Assembly (NCBI GenBank): GCA_015231405.1
Contig: JADGBR010000001.1
Location: forward strand, 385,762-449,761
Source: Candidatus Omnitrophota bacterium
Lineage (GTDB): Bacteria > Omnitrophota > Gorgyraeia > Tantalellales > Tantalellaceae
Direction: 5' to 3'
Length of the DNA stretch: 64,000 bases
The notes beneath the pieces are model-generated. The model ran no database searches. It was not told where the DNA came from and saw only the letters and a program-made list of their open reading frames with translations. This document shows positions 43,101 through 48,200 of the stretch, piece after piece; position 1 is the first letter of the stretch; each line of letters begins with the position of its first letter. Both the position numbers and the translations under genes were made by a program.

Positions 43101-43686
43101 CTCGGACCCGTCCGTCGGCCGTATAGCCAGGGGCGCGAAAGACTTCGATAAAAAATTCGAGCAGACCACCGTCCCTCTTTTGTACAAATACGCCGACGGC
43201 GGCGCGAAAACCGAAGATATGAAGAAGCCACTTACCAGGGTTTTCCTGGAAGCGATAGGGGAGTTCGGTAAAGGCGGAGGAAGGAACGGCATACTCGTTT
43301 ATTTCCCCGGGGCCCTCAAGGATACCGGCCTCCTGGCAGAAGTAATGTCGGATGACCGAATAGCTCCTTTCAAGGACCACATAACCGTCATATACGGCGA
43401 TTATACACCTGGCGACCGCATGGACATAGTTTCGCATATCATCCTAGCCAAAGCCCTTCTTAACTACAATAGATACAAAAAAGGGATATACGGCAAAGAA
43501 ATGGACCCCGACGCGATAATGCGCCTTCTCGAATACCTCAAACTCTTAGTCGACGACAAAAAAGAGATAACAGAATCATTCATTACCGCTCTCCGTAACG
43601 GCGCCATCCTAAAGATCCGCAAACTGGACGTCAACGACATAGCCGCCCAGGAATCCCTCCAAACCGCCTTCTGGAAATCCGTCTAA
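25198..43686 (+). CDS. Giant exported midasin-like protein: signal peptide, HIQDAHC N-domain, six AAA+ modules with WD40 propellers inserted, HExxH domain, acidic linker, VWA/MIDAS, C-cap (6162 aa)
   Basis: Signal peptide, HIQDAHC (25423), TGGFH (26641). Walker A GATGAGKT (29233), GPPGGGKT (31309), GDTGAAKT (39877). GH...WD-type repeats ~32800-38470. HELRH (40879), G/E/D-rich linker, DLSGS (42250). Ends AFWKSV. Confidence 0.92.
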   Translation: MKFKNFVKITAILVTVSFLQQSTFGYAQFEYGDSTITKTDLGGNVEEKSVSFVPSSLATIKRSYTGDDKNAPGIIHIQDAHCVYPCQERINTILEHLEKDRGIKRIFLEGGSGRYDLTVFRQIADRELRREVSEVFMKEGVINAAEYFAANSDREIELIGVEDPALYMRNLGVFRETNKSIADETGLLEKFKVLMKKIASGVFSEDLAVFYSFYEGHKTDKIGLAEYIMYLSKVTGAAPGMRSPDAGNIAKIMKISAMEKAVDFRKAEKERTDMLDHLFRTLPNSIKERLLTEMVAYKKGERLDLEFNEYLAGVFGNTGESAGVRHEELDKYIEYLREWSGVDSFKLMEEIPLMENEIKKRFAANAGERTLVDIWDRVEQTEKILGFKLVSDEYVRIKTDTFKYTFGGILEDMRKAFAVDFSEDIEDLVAELGKADRDNRLIKNVLGFYEYSFERDGVFIEEINNAGRQGNGAGDGVSVFMTGGFHTGNICSLLEKNGMSYVSVIPKFDNEEGSSERYFGILAGKREGLVGGITAAMSNLQVPTLLDQALGAEVWGKGGIGRMEAAVYVQTLVSKGYRVEIYDDVTGETLFSYGKGGKLIRCARTNFPREVHERFIAETEGDAGKAGIAGEEVADDANVNAENVGKVLKERVYLRDEELEALVSGVIDYHSKFNELLEGVRKAASDPARFKISIREIKRFSDDFKRIFLALVASGYERTDSLTTAIGYASRNIYMDMLDEKSPEYQAMARLMADTDILSIPGIVKGNGDNLFDRTYAKVARAIDSGIPALFIKDKDALGALERAIKKYSQKPGVKVVNMECTPASDSAQLIGGFMPKGRVDVAEAYKRVGMAISGKAALSIIEILAELLDKKKEEVTEKERKDFTEIYDEGKGDEGLIIAAAMVLEDPKSWRNKLVYEKGLLARIIDKCKEDKDTTYIFNIENIEALPGRIRAQLNAFLLTGELRVPGAPGKKDRKLIAPKNLRIIASMSDEAVLEDGAFYDRFLRKKVAGANEDDFRALAKKDLPEIKEDTVKFLLKFREELNSGVSECSLADLMGIVKYAAEAASVNGDSVDQLVIAAYETGKYFDAKGVSKEKRADHDSVVMTSFAAMNDDSSLAPGDVSGVLDLFWDPARPGSGPPTFAWGGPGGLDRATLIKILRHIAVVAGGKSEMTMGEMSGVFQDEFGALLNTEVVDRYKGKFGDKPVDEFVSLLVFAVDGNDRSGVIVNLLEPFGPAAGGAGTDIAELMKVKNSGMRYDRGEKKIIFDIYAPGLKINKDISDKLERYISDRVKQKGKGGFSPDDEDGAIRDFFMDELDYFIGTDEKRMLSAVARSMEYGNGVIRIEGATGAGKTYTAELLSRIMDFGDEVRSRFYSEPVNKETKLARFLGYFRADKFGYYSIDQTTPFLDILKYGGVAAVSEMNTSVKDEYAKLAWWFIQFARGDREIFLNEYPRKGENGAISPSIKRHPKALIIIDVNPEDYEGRGKFPRELIENTPSVYVDEKMNDLEHIKKVTRAFLKHIDDGEKKDALVDFIAGAHVKIFDKVKEANENGDRYPPLSYRELARVTKSIPAGLAMNESLVMAEKAVNKYYIKAFVSEQIKSDLKLGLLLWSATEERDEIIKDVLFGNPEGRSPPVLVTSSSDENPFEDIDSAVNMFKEENPDKELYRERVRVTWFDDEFKLFGGFLPISIREKASAAAERLKVLLADAGTRDKANGIYRELQAKSAQPVNDLPEDISGLGDNFILSLSEALDALRSGREWTQALRYENGIIPRLIDEAERERKAKGKDAKIFIIELENIHRIKPGLAVAFNSILQEGYYYDPASHTRKQVPANLKFVATSVSESPLPFSVAEESRWVRLKQTERVFDPLDTGSAFQGIIPAMIRDERKKRVEAGMPDGGEDPSTDDLNKVTQSVLAYLRPYFINHLTSSKEAKIFVADFIKELTSIPDMVKLIRDDDEGFLRLISRSFALSAAMSFRGQGAGDSVKKTCRGYFDTTLAGKEALEKDDLLEDIDELVRVEAATFHAFNSDRIVLYEGPPGGGKTDMAIDVARRLGLKDYLFSCHNRVHTSELLGTFSQRSNGDFYYTGVPDSDGHYPEADFLEAMTHGGVYIFDEGAIGKRAQELLSVLSVLARGEKLFMLNEIPGYPPKEINVHKDFHIIITMNPPEETVGREPLPLEVYDQARKIWINNGLTQDSYRRIIRKFLDLSAREFGITLSSLFGSDEPGASDAFADALTGIHKTINSLVGKKISLSENVNLHLVTLRDMKAMVKDMVRYSAKGANRTEAFRIAVRNAYIDQFNRLRDRPGIADELGKLFRVDAMTGTRDVLAANGINIDVFLAGLIERELDKRYLDINELGGDESPGAILNEAPLVGPIPALDHPFGIDGSDIAETYEEPEQLRAPQCFSSNEFMKTRVDYTVKEMIVSPLSGPAGKTILGLVCGLWNYTLGRLFGRIIPLGRSKFSSGNFRVSTVKKVRGGADVQYNRPESGEWQPLMAKTDRSLDQYLGRIRASANPFVRYELPGNNRGERCVTSLKIGGREHLAFIDENEHKTVNIADMSRPGLTSSIVSLSAGRSDISYIKAIYIGKKQYLAVCHVGGEMALWDLSRKGKEKVIYLNFGWDVQDIAGIDLHGQNCIAILHAYKLTGRVLSDGCIRVIDLGTGEIRSVDLPKGYFREGKIFSENDSGKNKLFVNGRTNEVYMYDLDTKKLSMGLTDRKTIAPGDVSVFGMGKTFSVMPAEIPDTNGREGVALLDWDSSVQWVYPLELPHNKVKVMAEVRSGEKTYLVIAAGKGIVLWDVMGKSYKSVEYPFDGHIQRITALGDTGLFAVTDNHGTVRIWDIDIERHIAETRVKAEALERGEIPAGNDLPYGLKKRDLYGPEKFLGIKEEVETGIAPRAESGASCVYSGIQLKAGKSEKVRSGGDITKFREALVSDREARLFTRELSKEEIVAIPSANIVDIDKDASWGPGVLDMDNIFVELGATRGESLFFRVEKLSDQLERNDIHEIRELRMALDDKQEKVASGVIDVAGLSCLLTTDIKGVISLWDLKNDNVVRLKVCDNLVDKLVVMKNREGDVELVVPGDNNQLLFLRFAGGSGGIIPAGMRRVNTTADISGLDVIRDDKERDCLVFAGTEKLIAEPGQISYGLDRYPTLKVLSFTGETSGYITEIKAHPEAPGVLNVVKDDMGLGRLVSGEKFNMKLWGFAWKDGRIEGGSVSKFQVEGLAMENGTLIKDDIGRSHLVLPVKYENGRRLIMLDFDFKNGVLKGGISRTVDLKLKDISGVTAISDLDGDDRVVVSCDNSVIKMIGFDWDNGEIKGANSITFENPDSGGDIYGVHTFRAEDGTEYLVARRSGGRLDLWDPFIADKLAEARDLYDSGERSQAADTTPPLSAEALAKANAPSPMPAIPHGFTREQLLQEQDWHGEKVVLLKGDIVKGIPMEDIRKGDKYGWYGESYEKDPTVTGEVIHLTNGPADGLSIMTKTGKMVKGKERKFKKLGTPEKGNTLGWSMTRKIHEGELGTGKFERKDEEFFRLMNRDDQGDETRRHIDAGNAYIMTGEIMDEIDHGDPRKVSDMAEKIKHDSEVNEIKVFKCRGREIIVTTCLTNFIRIWDIEKNKVTTILGHNNVIFGLELLERSDKVYLVTGSSDNMIKFWALNAVGEVDRDHVTTLHGHSDSINDIRVIEREDGVYLVSASEDKTVKFWKLKGAGGIEFSEVTALKGHSGQVTKLEFFARDKKLYMASGDRVGAVKIWAFRGKSGADMESVTTLPEMKMDVSDLRILECAGKMYLAAGEGNGNIKLWGFAGDAGVNISGVTTVRVCNNGFGVMSSGGRTWLVTGGSDAVVKLLEISGKEGEDVVKGMTVLKGHGSYVTGVYVFEREGKQYLATGSEDKTFIVWDPFREEKFHEARAVVEAWERSHASDPMLQAPSSIPEAPSPMPDIPHGFTREQLLLEQEWHSEEAVLVNGDVSFDEVKDGKHGWFREGRENFPSEWQEVEPIMPDRERGESLDEAENRFYDVQAPRGNTLGWSFKRGIKGGESVTGTVQMKAKGYFDSTNWASPALDVGEYLASGNAYAMREGMEPYFDRYDSHKMSDMVEKITLGLANTDLVHISFDWNGRQYIVSGGDAGIKIWDISRGKVMTLKGHAGKVTSLQLIERKGKKYIASGGDDNDRTIKLWGLEDGEELGIGFVTTIRGHSAGIISLRVIGDKYLVSGSNDLTVKLWEFEGDDELGINTVTTLKGHSDWVRSLEVIGTPKGILFASGDMNGKIKLWSLTESGEVIAGNVLTIKAHGGCVQALKLMRYGEKTYLVSGSWDKSVKIWELGEKDNVDIAGVTVLKGFKNNVLSLEAIRRGDRTYLATGGEEDGMVKLWSLSGEAELSVDGVTILKAHTKWVSSIQVIVRDGKEYLTTGSGDDTLITWDPFRKQKFHEALAYLDAWERKVEGPSFVKASEGGRGSSVEGPMPNAPSPLPDRQVGMPEAGLGGGADDSNGPAFNAVDPGMDLPEDRDITEARYKLRSRGRAMLICEPGTRERVIVDEVARLEKFKYVYKLEGRPSLAPEDLIGSKYPVLEEEKRETNEEFVFKKGFLTRHMLTEEEHAKYLEEKSAGKDFPKKLLVIYNIDAIGEKARASLNNLLLNGYLNIPSVGKLWLPDNVEIIATMRVGSQQEFSSAFPNRMTKGNMSPMEAKGWGASDFAKYCRNVYGFDKYVLGKDDKGRPYDIADEIELLYDNIRSQEVTDRVWPSRMTYGFTVKDALTHAEFTALAIAERKKMGLGEPGKDELMNILVDEAMRVYGFKVRQFPSDYDSFVDSILKMQFSHKYVERAVIRDDVKISAGKLRELSGIPISPGHGALGMTLIERNYRLTLVGSMVGTMSAMIRGLAAGKVVSFTGDTGAAKTTMAVALARMTGVKDYVFSMHKDVKEYDLTGAVRMTDKGRFTFEIMEFAKQLEEGNTMLIVDEANIKPEILWLLSGIARGEKQFTIERPGDKPHTFNIGENVYVVFTMNPEAYGGGRGAIPIPLKEDIFNIWVPDYYEYPEMARIVTEFFGGMPELANITEMTPAETSKASTLELDNRFFEIKRLFSHLYARMEVEDVVNAIYDKGYEFTIGTLYGLTKDNDPAKAREKYYELKRVEEEIMYDPKVRGKMLRIRTKVALMEKYLRDKGMTVSVNFSLFTWWSQGVREKNGKKEIIVNVPLYELVDKKDHPNIRKEGKSDKVIAGLIIHELRHYLYSPKDNLEWRDIGVDIGINSFAPEIREVFDTFTADPKDRTVKRRRDVFQLWNALEDVRIDLMERDSEHFRRLKGAQENVDEMIKDMFKDETNDPGEFEKRKKKAVRAAWLHPHAMLRDVLFRYGYTGEFGPYFGFFDEELKKAVQELTGAMIEATQSSKARMNMSDVSSAGDFLKERRRASGESVKVILEKILPKYLELAEESKKRVDEEKKKKQGGPKGTEVEEGDGSEGGGDPGEGGESGEGGAEGLGSGGKQEFLFMPPELMEEMYGSGDENSGDEGQSGGKGNTGPMIISPGAKNGVRKPGDGLPEDMTPHGGSAGTPGDDGGKQNAGGKDDSPDDTEGDDNDGPDTEGMSKANRSRAIKEASSKINKERLKGEPINQRLSEVGGQAKQLAEGLINIFNVPEETEVEESAYGRIINMIRIIMKSMTPFDEEVDTGNRPDLALGMTADLSGSMKDFFPAIKKLSAIFISSFQRIGKKADFSVTLDGPDENGVDHPHNVIDFGEKHAQDELNGVQNRVEKTMAREGGGGIHAYSCLEAIVEKHKRSKQKNKLEVIFTDAMDTEGMESEREEKFREAEKLGVSILVVGFRNQQNKMQEVFGKHASYILVDRDKPEAIIGVVLNAAKIKARTGKIPKGNIGPMFDQKEGGMLVRNAMDLITNDDLSVRMKTESEINAMRSLADVRRTALYEARMTVRQFSVRDRLEKLIARSRDAISDLWRNNGKDIVVMPDLLSDPSVGRIARGAKDFDKKFEQTTVPLLYKYADGGAKTEDMKKPLTRVFLEAIGEFGKGGGRNGILVYFPGALKDTGLLAEVMSDDRIAPFKDHITVIYGDYTPGDRMDIVSHIILAKALLNYNRYKKGIYGKEMDPDAIMRLLEYLKLLVDDKKEITESFITALRNGAILKIRKLDVNDIAAQESLQTAFWKSV
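35281..38620 (+). repeat. Three intragenic repeated junction segments (WDPF..KFHEA..PSPMP.IPHGFTREQLL) separating WD40 blocks
   Basis: Copies at ~35281-35480, ~36890-37080 and (partial) ~38460-38620. The DNA of the first two is highly similar (CCCCAAGCCCCATGCC..ATCCCCCACGGCTT.ACCCG). Confidence 0.8.
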
Positions 43687-43853
43687 AGGAAATATATCCT
43701 GCAATATATCGCGAATAAATGTCCCCTCGAGCCTGATCAAATTCCTGAATAACAGGACGAAATCCTGAAAATGAAAAAGCGTTTTTTTGTTATTTCAAGA
43801 TATCATCTGGCGCAAATTCAGCTTAGAAAGATCTGGATTTGCCAGTACCAATG

Positions 43854-44082
43854 ATCCAGCGCAAATCGAGGACATCAGCCCGAGATTTGCCAATCCAGCG
43901 CAAACCGAGAGCCAACAGCCCGAGATTTGCCAATCCAGCGCAAACCGAGGGCCAACGCCCGAGATTTGCCAATCCAGCGCAAACCGAGGGCCAACGCCCG
44001 AGATTTGCCAATCCAGCGCAAACCGAGGGCCAACAGCCCGAGATTTGCCAATCCACCTCAAACCGACCCGAGATTTGCCAAT
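43854..44082. repeat. Intergenic tandem repeat, 39-40 bp unit
   Basis: Core CCCGAGATTTGCCAAT starts at 43879, 43919, 43958, 43997, 44037 and 44067. Unit CCCGAGATTTGCCAATCCAGCGCAAACCGAGGGCCAAC(A)G. No unique spacers. Confidence 0.95.
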
Positions 44083-44104
44083 TCACGTTCCACACTCATA
44101 GCTA

Positions 44105-44236
44105 ACCGAGATTATCGGACATTATGCCCAAAGCTATTACGAACCAAGCATAATGTCGGATAATCTCGGTCATATTATCGGATGTTGTGGTTCCCAAAGC
44201 AACTCCCCGAGCCAGAACCACAACGTCCGATAATAT
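44105..44236. repeat. Two adjacent inverted repeats (23-bp and 22-bp arms) containing XerC-like half-sites
   Basis: 44105-44127 pairs with 44148-44170 (1 mismatch). 44172-44193 pairs with 44215-44236 (1 mismatch). Both loops begin CCAAAGC. Confidence 0.9.
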
Positions 44237-44250
44237 ATGTTATGTTAACT
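44223..44250 (+). other. dif site (XerC/XerD chromosome dimer resolution site)
   Basis: ACGTCCGATAA-TATATG-TTATGTTAACT has the 11-6-11 layout. The XerD arm differs by one base from E. coli TTATGTTAAAT. Located where gene orientation converges. Confidence 0.8.
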
Positions 44251-44283
44251 TGGCGTATGTGTAGCTGGTAAATAAGTATTGAA

Positions 44284-44700
44284 TTATTTTAAAGCGGTTT
44301 TAATATACCCAATGAACCTTTCAAAATCCGGAAGACGGTTTTGTACCATATCATATAGCTTATTTATATCTATCTCGAGATACTCATGGACGAGTATATT
44401 GCGGAAACCTGCCATCCCTCGTATCTCTTTAGCGAACTCCGCCGGAATGACATTTTTTTCGCCAAGTTTGACGATAACATCGGTATAGTCCTCGATCCCG
44501 TTCTCGCCGATCTCGGCAAGGACATGGTTCCCTATATCTAACAGACACTGAATGGCGATCTGAAGGCCGCGTTCAATTGCCCACTTATCGAAACAGGATG
44601 TTCTTATCTTTTCAAGCGGTACAGACCGGAGTCTTTTAAGATCATGAACAGTTCTTGTCAACTCGTCGATCTTTTTAATGATGATTTGAATATCTACCAT
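44284..44700 (-). CDS. hepT: HEPN-domain (DUF86) RNase toxin
   Basis: RxxxxH motif FRNILVHEY and AIERGLQIAIQCLLDIGNH. ATG at 44700 preceded by AGGTGAGG is preferred to the ORF-track start at 44739. Confidence 0.9.
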   Translation of the reverse strand: MVDIQIIIKKIDELTRTVHDLKRLRSVPLEKIRTSCFDKWAIERGLQIAIQCLLDIGNHVLAEIGENGIEDYTDVIVKLGEKNVIPAEFAKEIRGMAGFRNILVHEYLEIDINKLYDMVQNRLPDFERFIGYIKTALK

Positions 44701-44704
44701 TTCC

Positions 44705-45094
44705 TCACCTGTATGCCTCAAATAGGGGTTTAACGTCAAGATAACGCCTGAGCGCGTCCACCTGCAGATGGATCCGTCTTTTTTCGTTCCGTGAATAAAT
44801 AAGCCGGCCGCGCGCGATGATCCTGTGCTTCAGGAGGATCGAAGCCTCGTCGATGATAACGAGATCGATATTATTAGTTTTTAAGAGTCCCATCAGGTCG
44901 GCTATTATGTGAGCTTTGTAACTGTATGGATATTCAGCCTCATTTATGATATCCCTATTGATGTCTATCGCGATATCGATGTCGCTAAGAGCGTTATTTT
45001 TACCGGAAACGGTCGATCCGAAGATATATGCTATCTCTATTTCTTTCATCTCGGCGAAATAATCCTTTAGTATAGGCGTATAAATCTTAAGCAT
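44705..45094 (-). CDS. mntA: Minimal nucleotidyltransferase antitoxin
   Basis: YIFGSTVSG..SDIDIAI and IDLV motifs. Directly upstream of the HEPN gene. Confidence 0.9.
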   Translation of the reverse strand: MLKIYTPILKDYFAEMKEIEIAYIFGSTVSGKNNALSDIDIAIDINRDIINEAEYPYSYKAHIIADLMGLLKTNNIDLVIIDEASILLKHRIIARGRLIYSRNEKRRIHLQVDALRRYLDVKPLFEAYR

Positions 45095-45099
45095 AATTA

Positions 45100-45128
45100 A
45101 TTATAACATGGTGTCACGGGCTCAACAA
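45100..45128 (-). promoter_or_regulatory. Extended -10 promoter of mntA-hepT, probably leaderless
   Basis: Minus strand reads TTGTTG, 17 bp, TATAAT with a TGn extension. Only 5 nt separate TATAAT from the ATG and there is no SD. Confidence 0.5.
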
Positions 45129-45256
45129 TAGACGAATTTAAACCATTCAAGTTAGAACGCGCGTAATACCGAAGGAATAGTACAGGCGCATTCGCCGGCA
45201 ATGGATCCGCTGACAAATACGCTCATTTGGGAGAATATCCAATTAATCGCTAGATA

Positions 45257-48200
45257 TTATAGCGATCTTAATACTTCTGTTTCGGCCTTATAGAATTCTC
45301 TTATTTCATTTACGTTAATAGGCCTTATCACCACAAGGATCTCTCCTGAAGCAACCAGCCTCCTCACTTGCTCAGAGTCCTTTGGAGCGATCATGTCCAG
45401 AAAATCCATATAATTTACCGTACCTGACATTAACGCCAGTCTTTTAGCGAAAAGCTCCGTCGCCTCGTTGATATCTTCCAGGTAAAGGCTTACATCGGTA
45501 GGCGCTCTCTCTAACCTGCTAGCCCAATGAGCGCTGTCCAGGTAGGCTATGCCCGCCAAGATCGACCCCTCAACCGGCTGTGTTTTTTTTCCTTCCGGGT
45601 TTTCGGTGCCTAAGTAGACCATATAGGCGTTTTTTTCAACTTCTTCATTCCTCATGTCTCCTTCGTTCCTTGATGTGAACACAATGGCTTTATTAACGCC
45701 GTATTGTTCTGTCATGGCAGCTATATCATGTACTTCATCGGGATTTGTCTCGTCAAAGAAACGTATCGTTATATTTCCTAATTTCAATTCCTTTATTTTG
45801 TCGCTTGCCGCGCCTCTGACTTCCTGTATATACCCCTGAAGTACAGAGTCAATTTCACCGGCCGCCTCGGCATTACGGCCTATTCCTATAAACGTCTCTT
45901 CGCCTTCAAAAATATTTTTCGAACACTTAGCAAATATACCCATGTCAAGATCTTTGGCCTTCGCCATGAGGTCCATGAAAATGTCGCTGTCAACGCTTAT
46001 CGGTTCAAGCCCATTGACCTTGATGACGATTGACGGCTTTTCGATATTTTTCAACGCGCTCGTTTCTCTTTCTACGCTTGGCTTTTGGCTGTTGATCTCA
46101 TGCGCAGATACTCCGCCGTTTTTGCCTGGCATTTTAGCGCTGGTCACTTCCTCATCAGGAACATCTCCCGCTGGCACACCGGCGAAAGTCGGAACTTGGC
46201 GGTTACCTGGCTTACTCATCGCGTTTATCACTATGGATTTCTCCATCTCGTCACGGTTTGACATGCGGTCTAGCTCATACTGGCTTGCTTCATACGCTTT
46301 TATAATATCATCCTTTACATCGGATTCCAGGGCGAGCGAGTTTATGTTGTCATGCAGAACCTTAAGAATAGCTTTAAATACCGCAAAGTCTTTCATTATC
46401 TCATCTGTACCTATTCCGCCTCTTTCTTTCGTGTCAAAGGCTTTGTTTAAAAGTATATCCGTAAAGCCTCCCCAAGGGTTCTTTAAGCGCCATTCAGCGT
46501 TAATATTCCTGAGCATGTCAATAATCGCGTTCCTTTGAAGCGCATGGATCTTATTCGCCGAAAGTCCCCTTCCGTCCCCGGAAGGTTTCATGCCAAGGAT
46601 CTTCACCAGGTCTCTCTTCGTCTGAAAGGTATTTATGATCGTACCCACGCTGTCTGCCTGCAGATTGAACAGGAATTTTCTTCTTGCTTCATCAGCTATC
46701 TCCGCAAGGTCATCCCATTCGCCGGATACCATCTTTATGACCAGGTCGTCATCACCGAATCTGGATCTGTCTTTGCCGACCACATCACGCCAGAAAATGT
46801 CCTCATTCGATACGGCAGTATCTCCCTTAAAACGAAGGTCAGATTTTTTTATCTTGAATTTGGCTTTTGTTCCGTTAAAGGTCTCGGCGTCTTTTACGCC
46901 GATTATCTCTAATTCACCGTTTTTCAATAAGCCCAGTAGAAAATCGTGTATCTGTTTGTTGTATCCCACATACTGATACCCTCTTGCCTTTTCGCCTTCA
47001 AGCCAGGCCTGATGAGTCTGTTTGGCAAGTAAAGCCAAAGCGTCATTCCCGGCCGAATCATATATGGAGCGTGTTTCATTAACAAATTTATCACGCATAT
47101 CTCCGCTTATTTTCTGCAGACTTTTCAAGGCATCATAGTTGGTCAAGCCGTTTTTCATCCGGGCAATGATCTCCCATTGCCGCACATTCCATTCTTCAGC
47201 CATGGCGTAAAACACATCATAGCTGAATGAACCTTGAATTACCGCTTTATCGGCAAACATATCCGTAAGATCTTTTACGGTCTTAGGCACCAGGTTGAGC
47301 TTAACATGTTTCAGGCTATTGATGTTTTTACCGGCCCTTACCCTGAAATCATTGTCCCCTTTTTGATAGACCTCTGTAAGGTTTCTAATAGATCCCGAAT
47401 AGAGGCTTATGACCTCATCCTCAACGCCTAGAGCTTGTAATCTTTCCGTTATTGCCTGGGCAACCTTCCTTTTTGCGGCGTTTTCGGTCAAAAAACTCTC
47501 CGCCGCCAATGCGCCTGATATATCCTCACCTATACCGCTAAGGCTTTCGACCTCCGGCCTTTCCCGGGTATTTTTTAATATTTCCGCTTCCAGTGCCGCT
47601 TCAGAATCGAGCTCTAAAAGTATGTCATTTATCTTTTCGGCGTCTTTCTGAAGAATACCCACCACCCCGGGGTTTAAGGCATATTTTCCAATATCCTTTC
47701 CGAGAACCGCGAATATTGCCTTCATTACGTCAAAATCTTTTTTAATTTCTTTCACGCCTATGCCGTTTTCACTTACGTCAAATGGCCTGTTCAGTAATTT
47801 ATCGTTATATCCTCCCCAGGGATTTTTCAACCTCCAAACGGCGTTTATATTTCTAAGCATTTCGATCACCGCCTGTTTCGCCTCATCGACGTTATCTGAT
47901 ACCATTCTGCTCATTAGTTCCGCGTCCTGCATAGCGTTAATGATCGCTCCTACGCTGTCTGCCTGCAGCTGGTAAAGGTAAGCCTTTCTTCCGGCAGGAT
48001 CTATGCCTTCAACATTATCGGCTATCTCAACTAGATCATCCCAGCTGCCGGCTATATTCTTTATTACAATATCTCCATCATCAAATGTATCGGCTTTTTT
48101 CCCTATAAGCTTCCAGAAGTCTGCCGCGGAATTGCCGGGCCTGAATTTAAGATCATTTTTCTTTATTTTAAACTTGGTCTTAGCGCCGTTAAAAGCGTTA

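Noticed and set aside
43854-44082. CRISPR array
   Set aside because: The sequence between the repeated cores is itself repeated (no unique spacers), the period is only 39-40 bp, and no cas genes are in the window.
43787-44163. Five short ORFs over the tandem repeat
   Set aside because: They appear in several frames on both strands because the repeat lacks stops, and mixed 39/40 periods shift the frame. No RBS support.
44099-44236. Integron attC sites
   Set aside because: An AGCTAAC precedes the first hairpin, but there is no matching GTTRRRY end, the stems lack the extrahelical bases typical of attC, and no cassette array or integrase is present. The dif-related explanation fits better.
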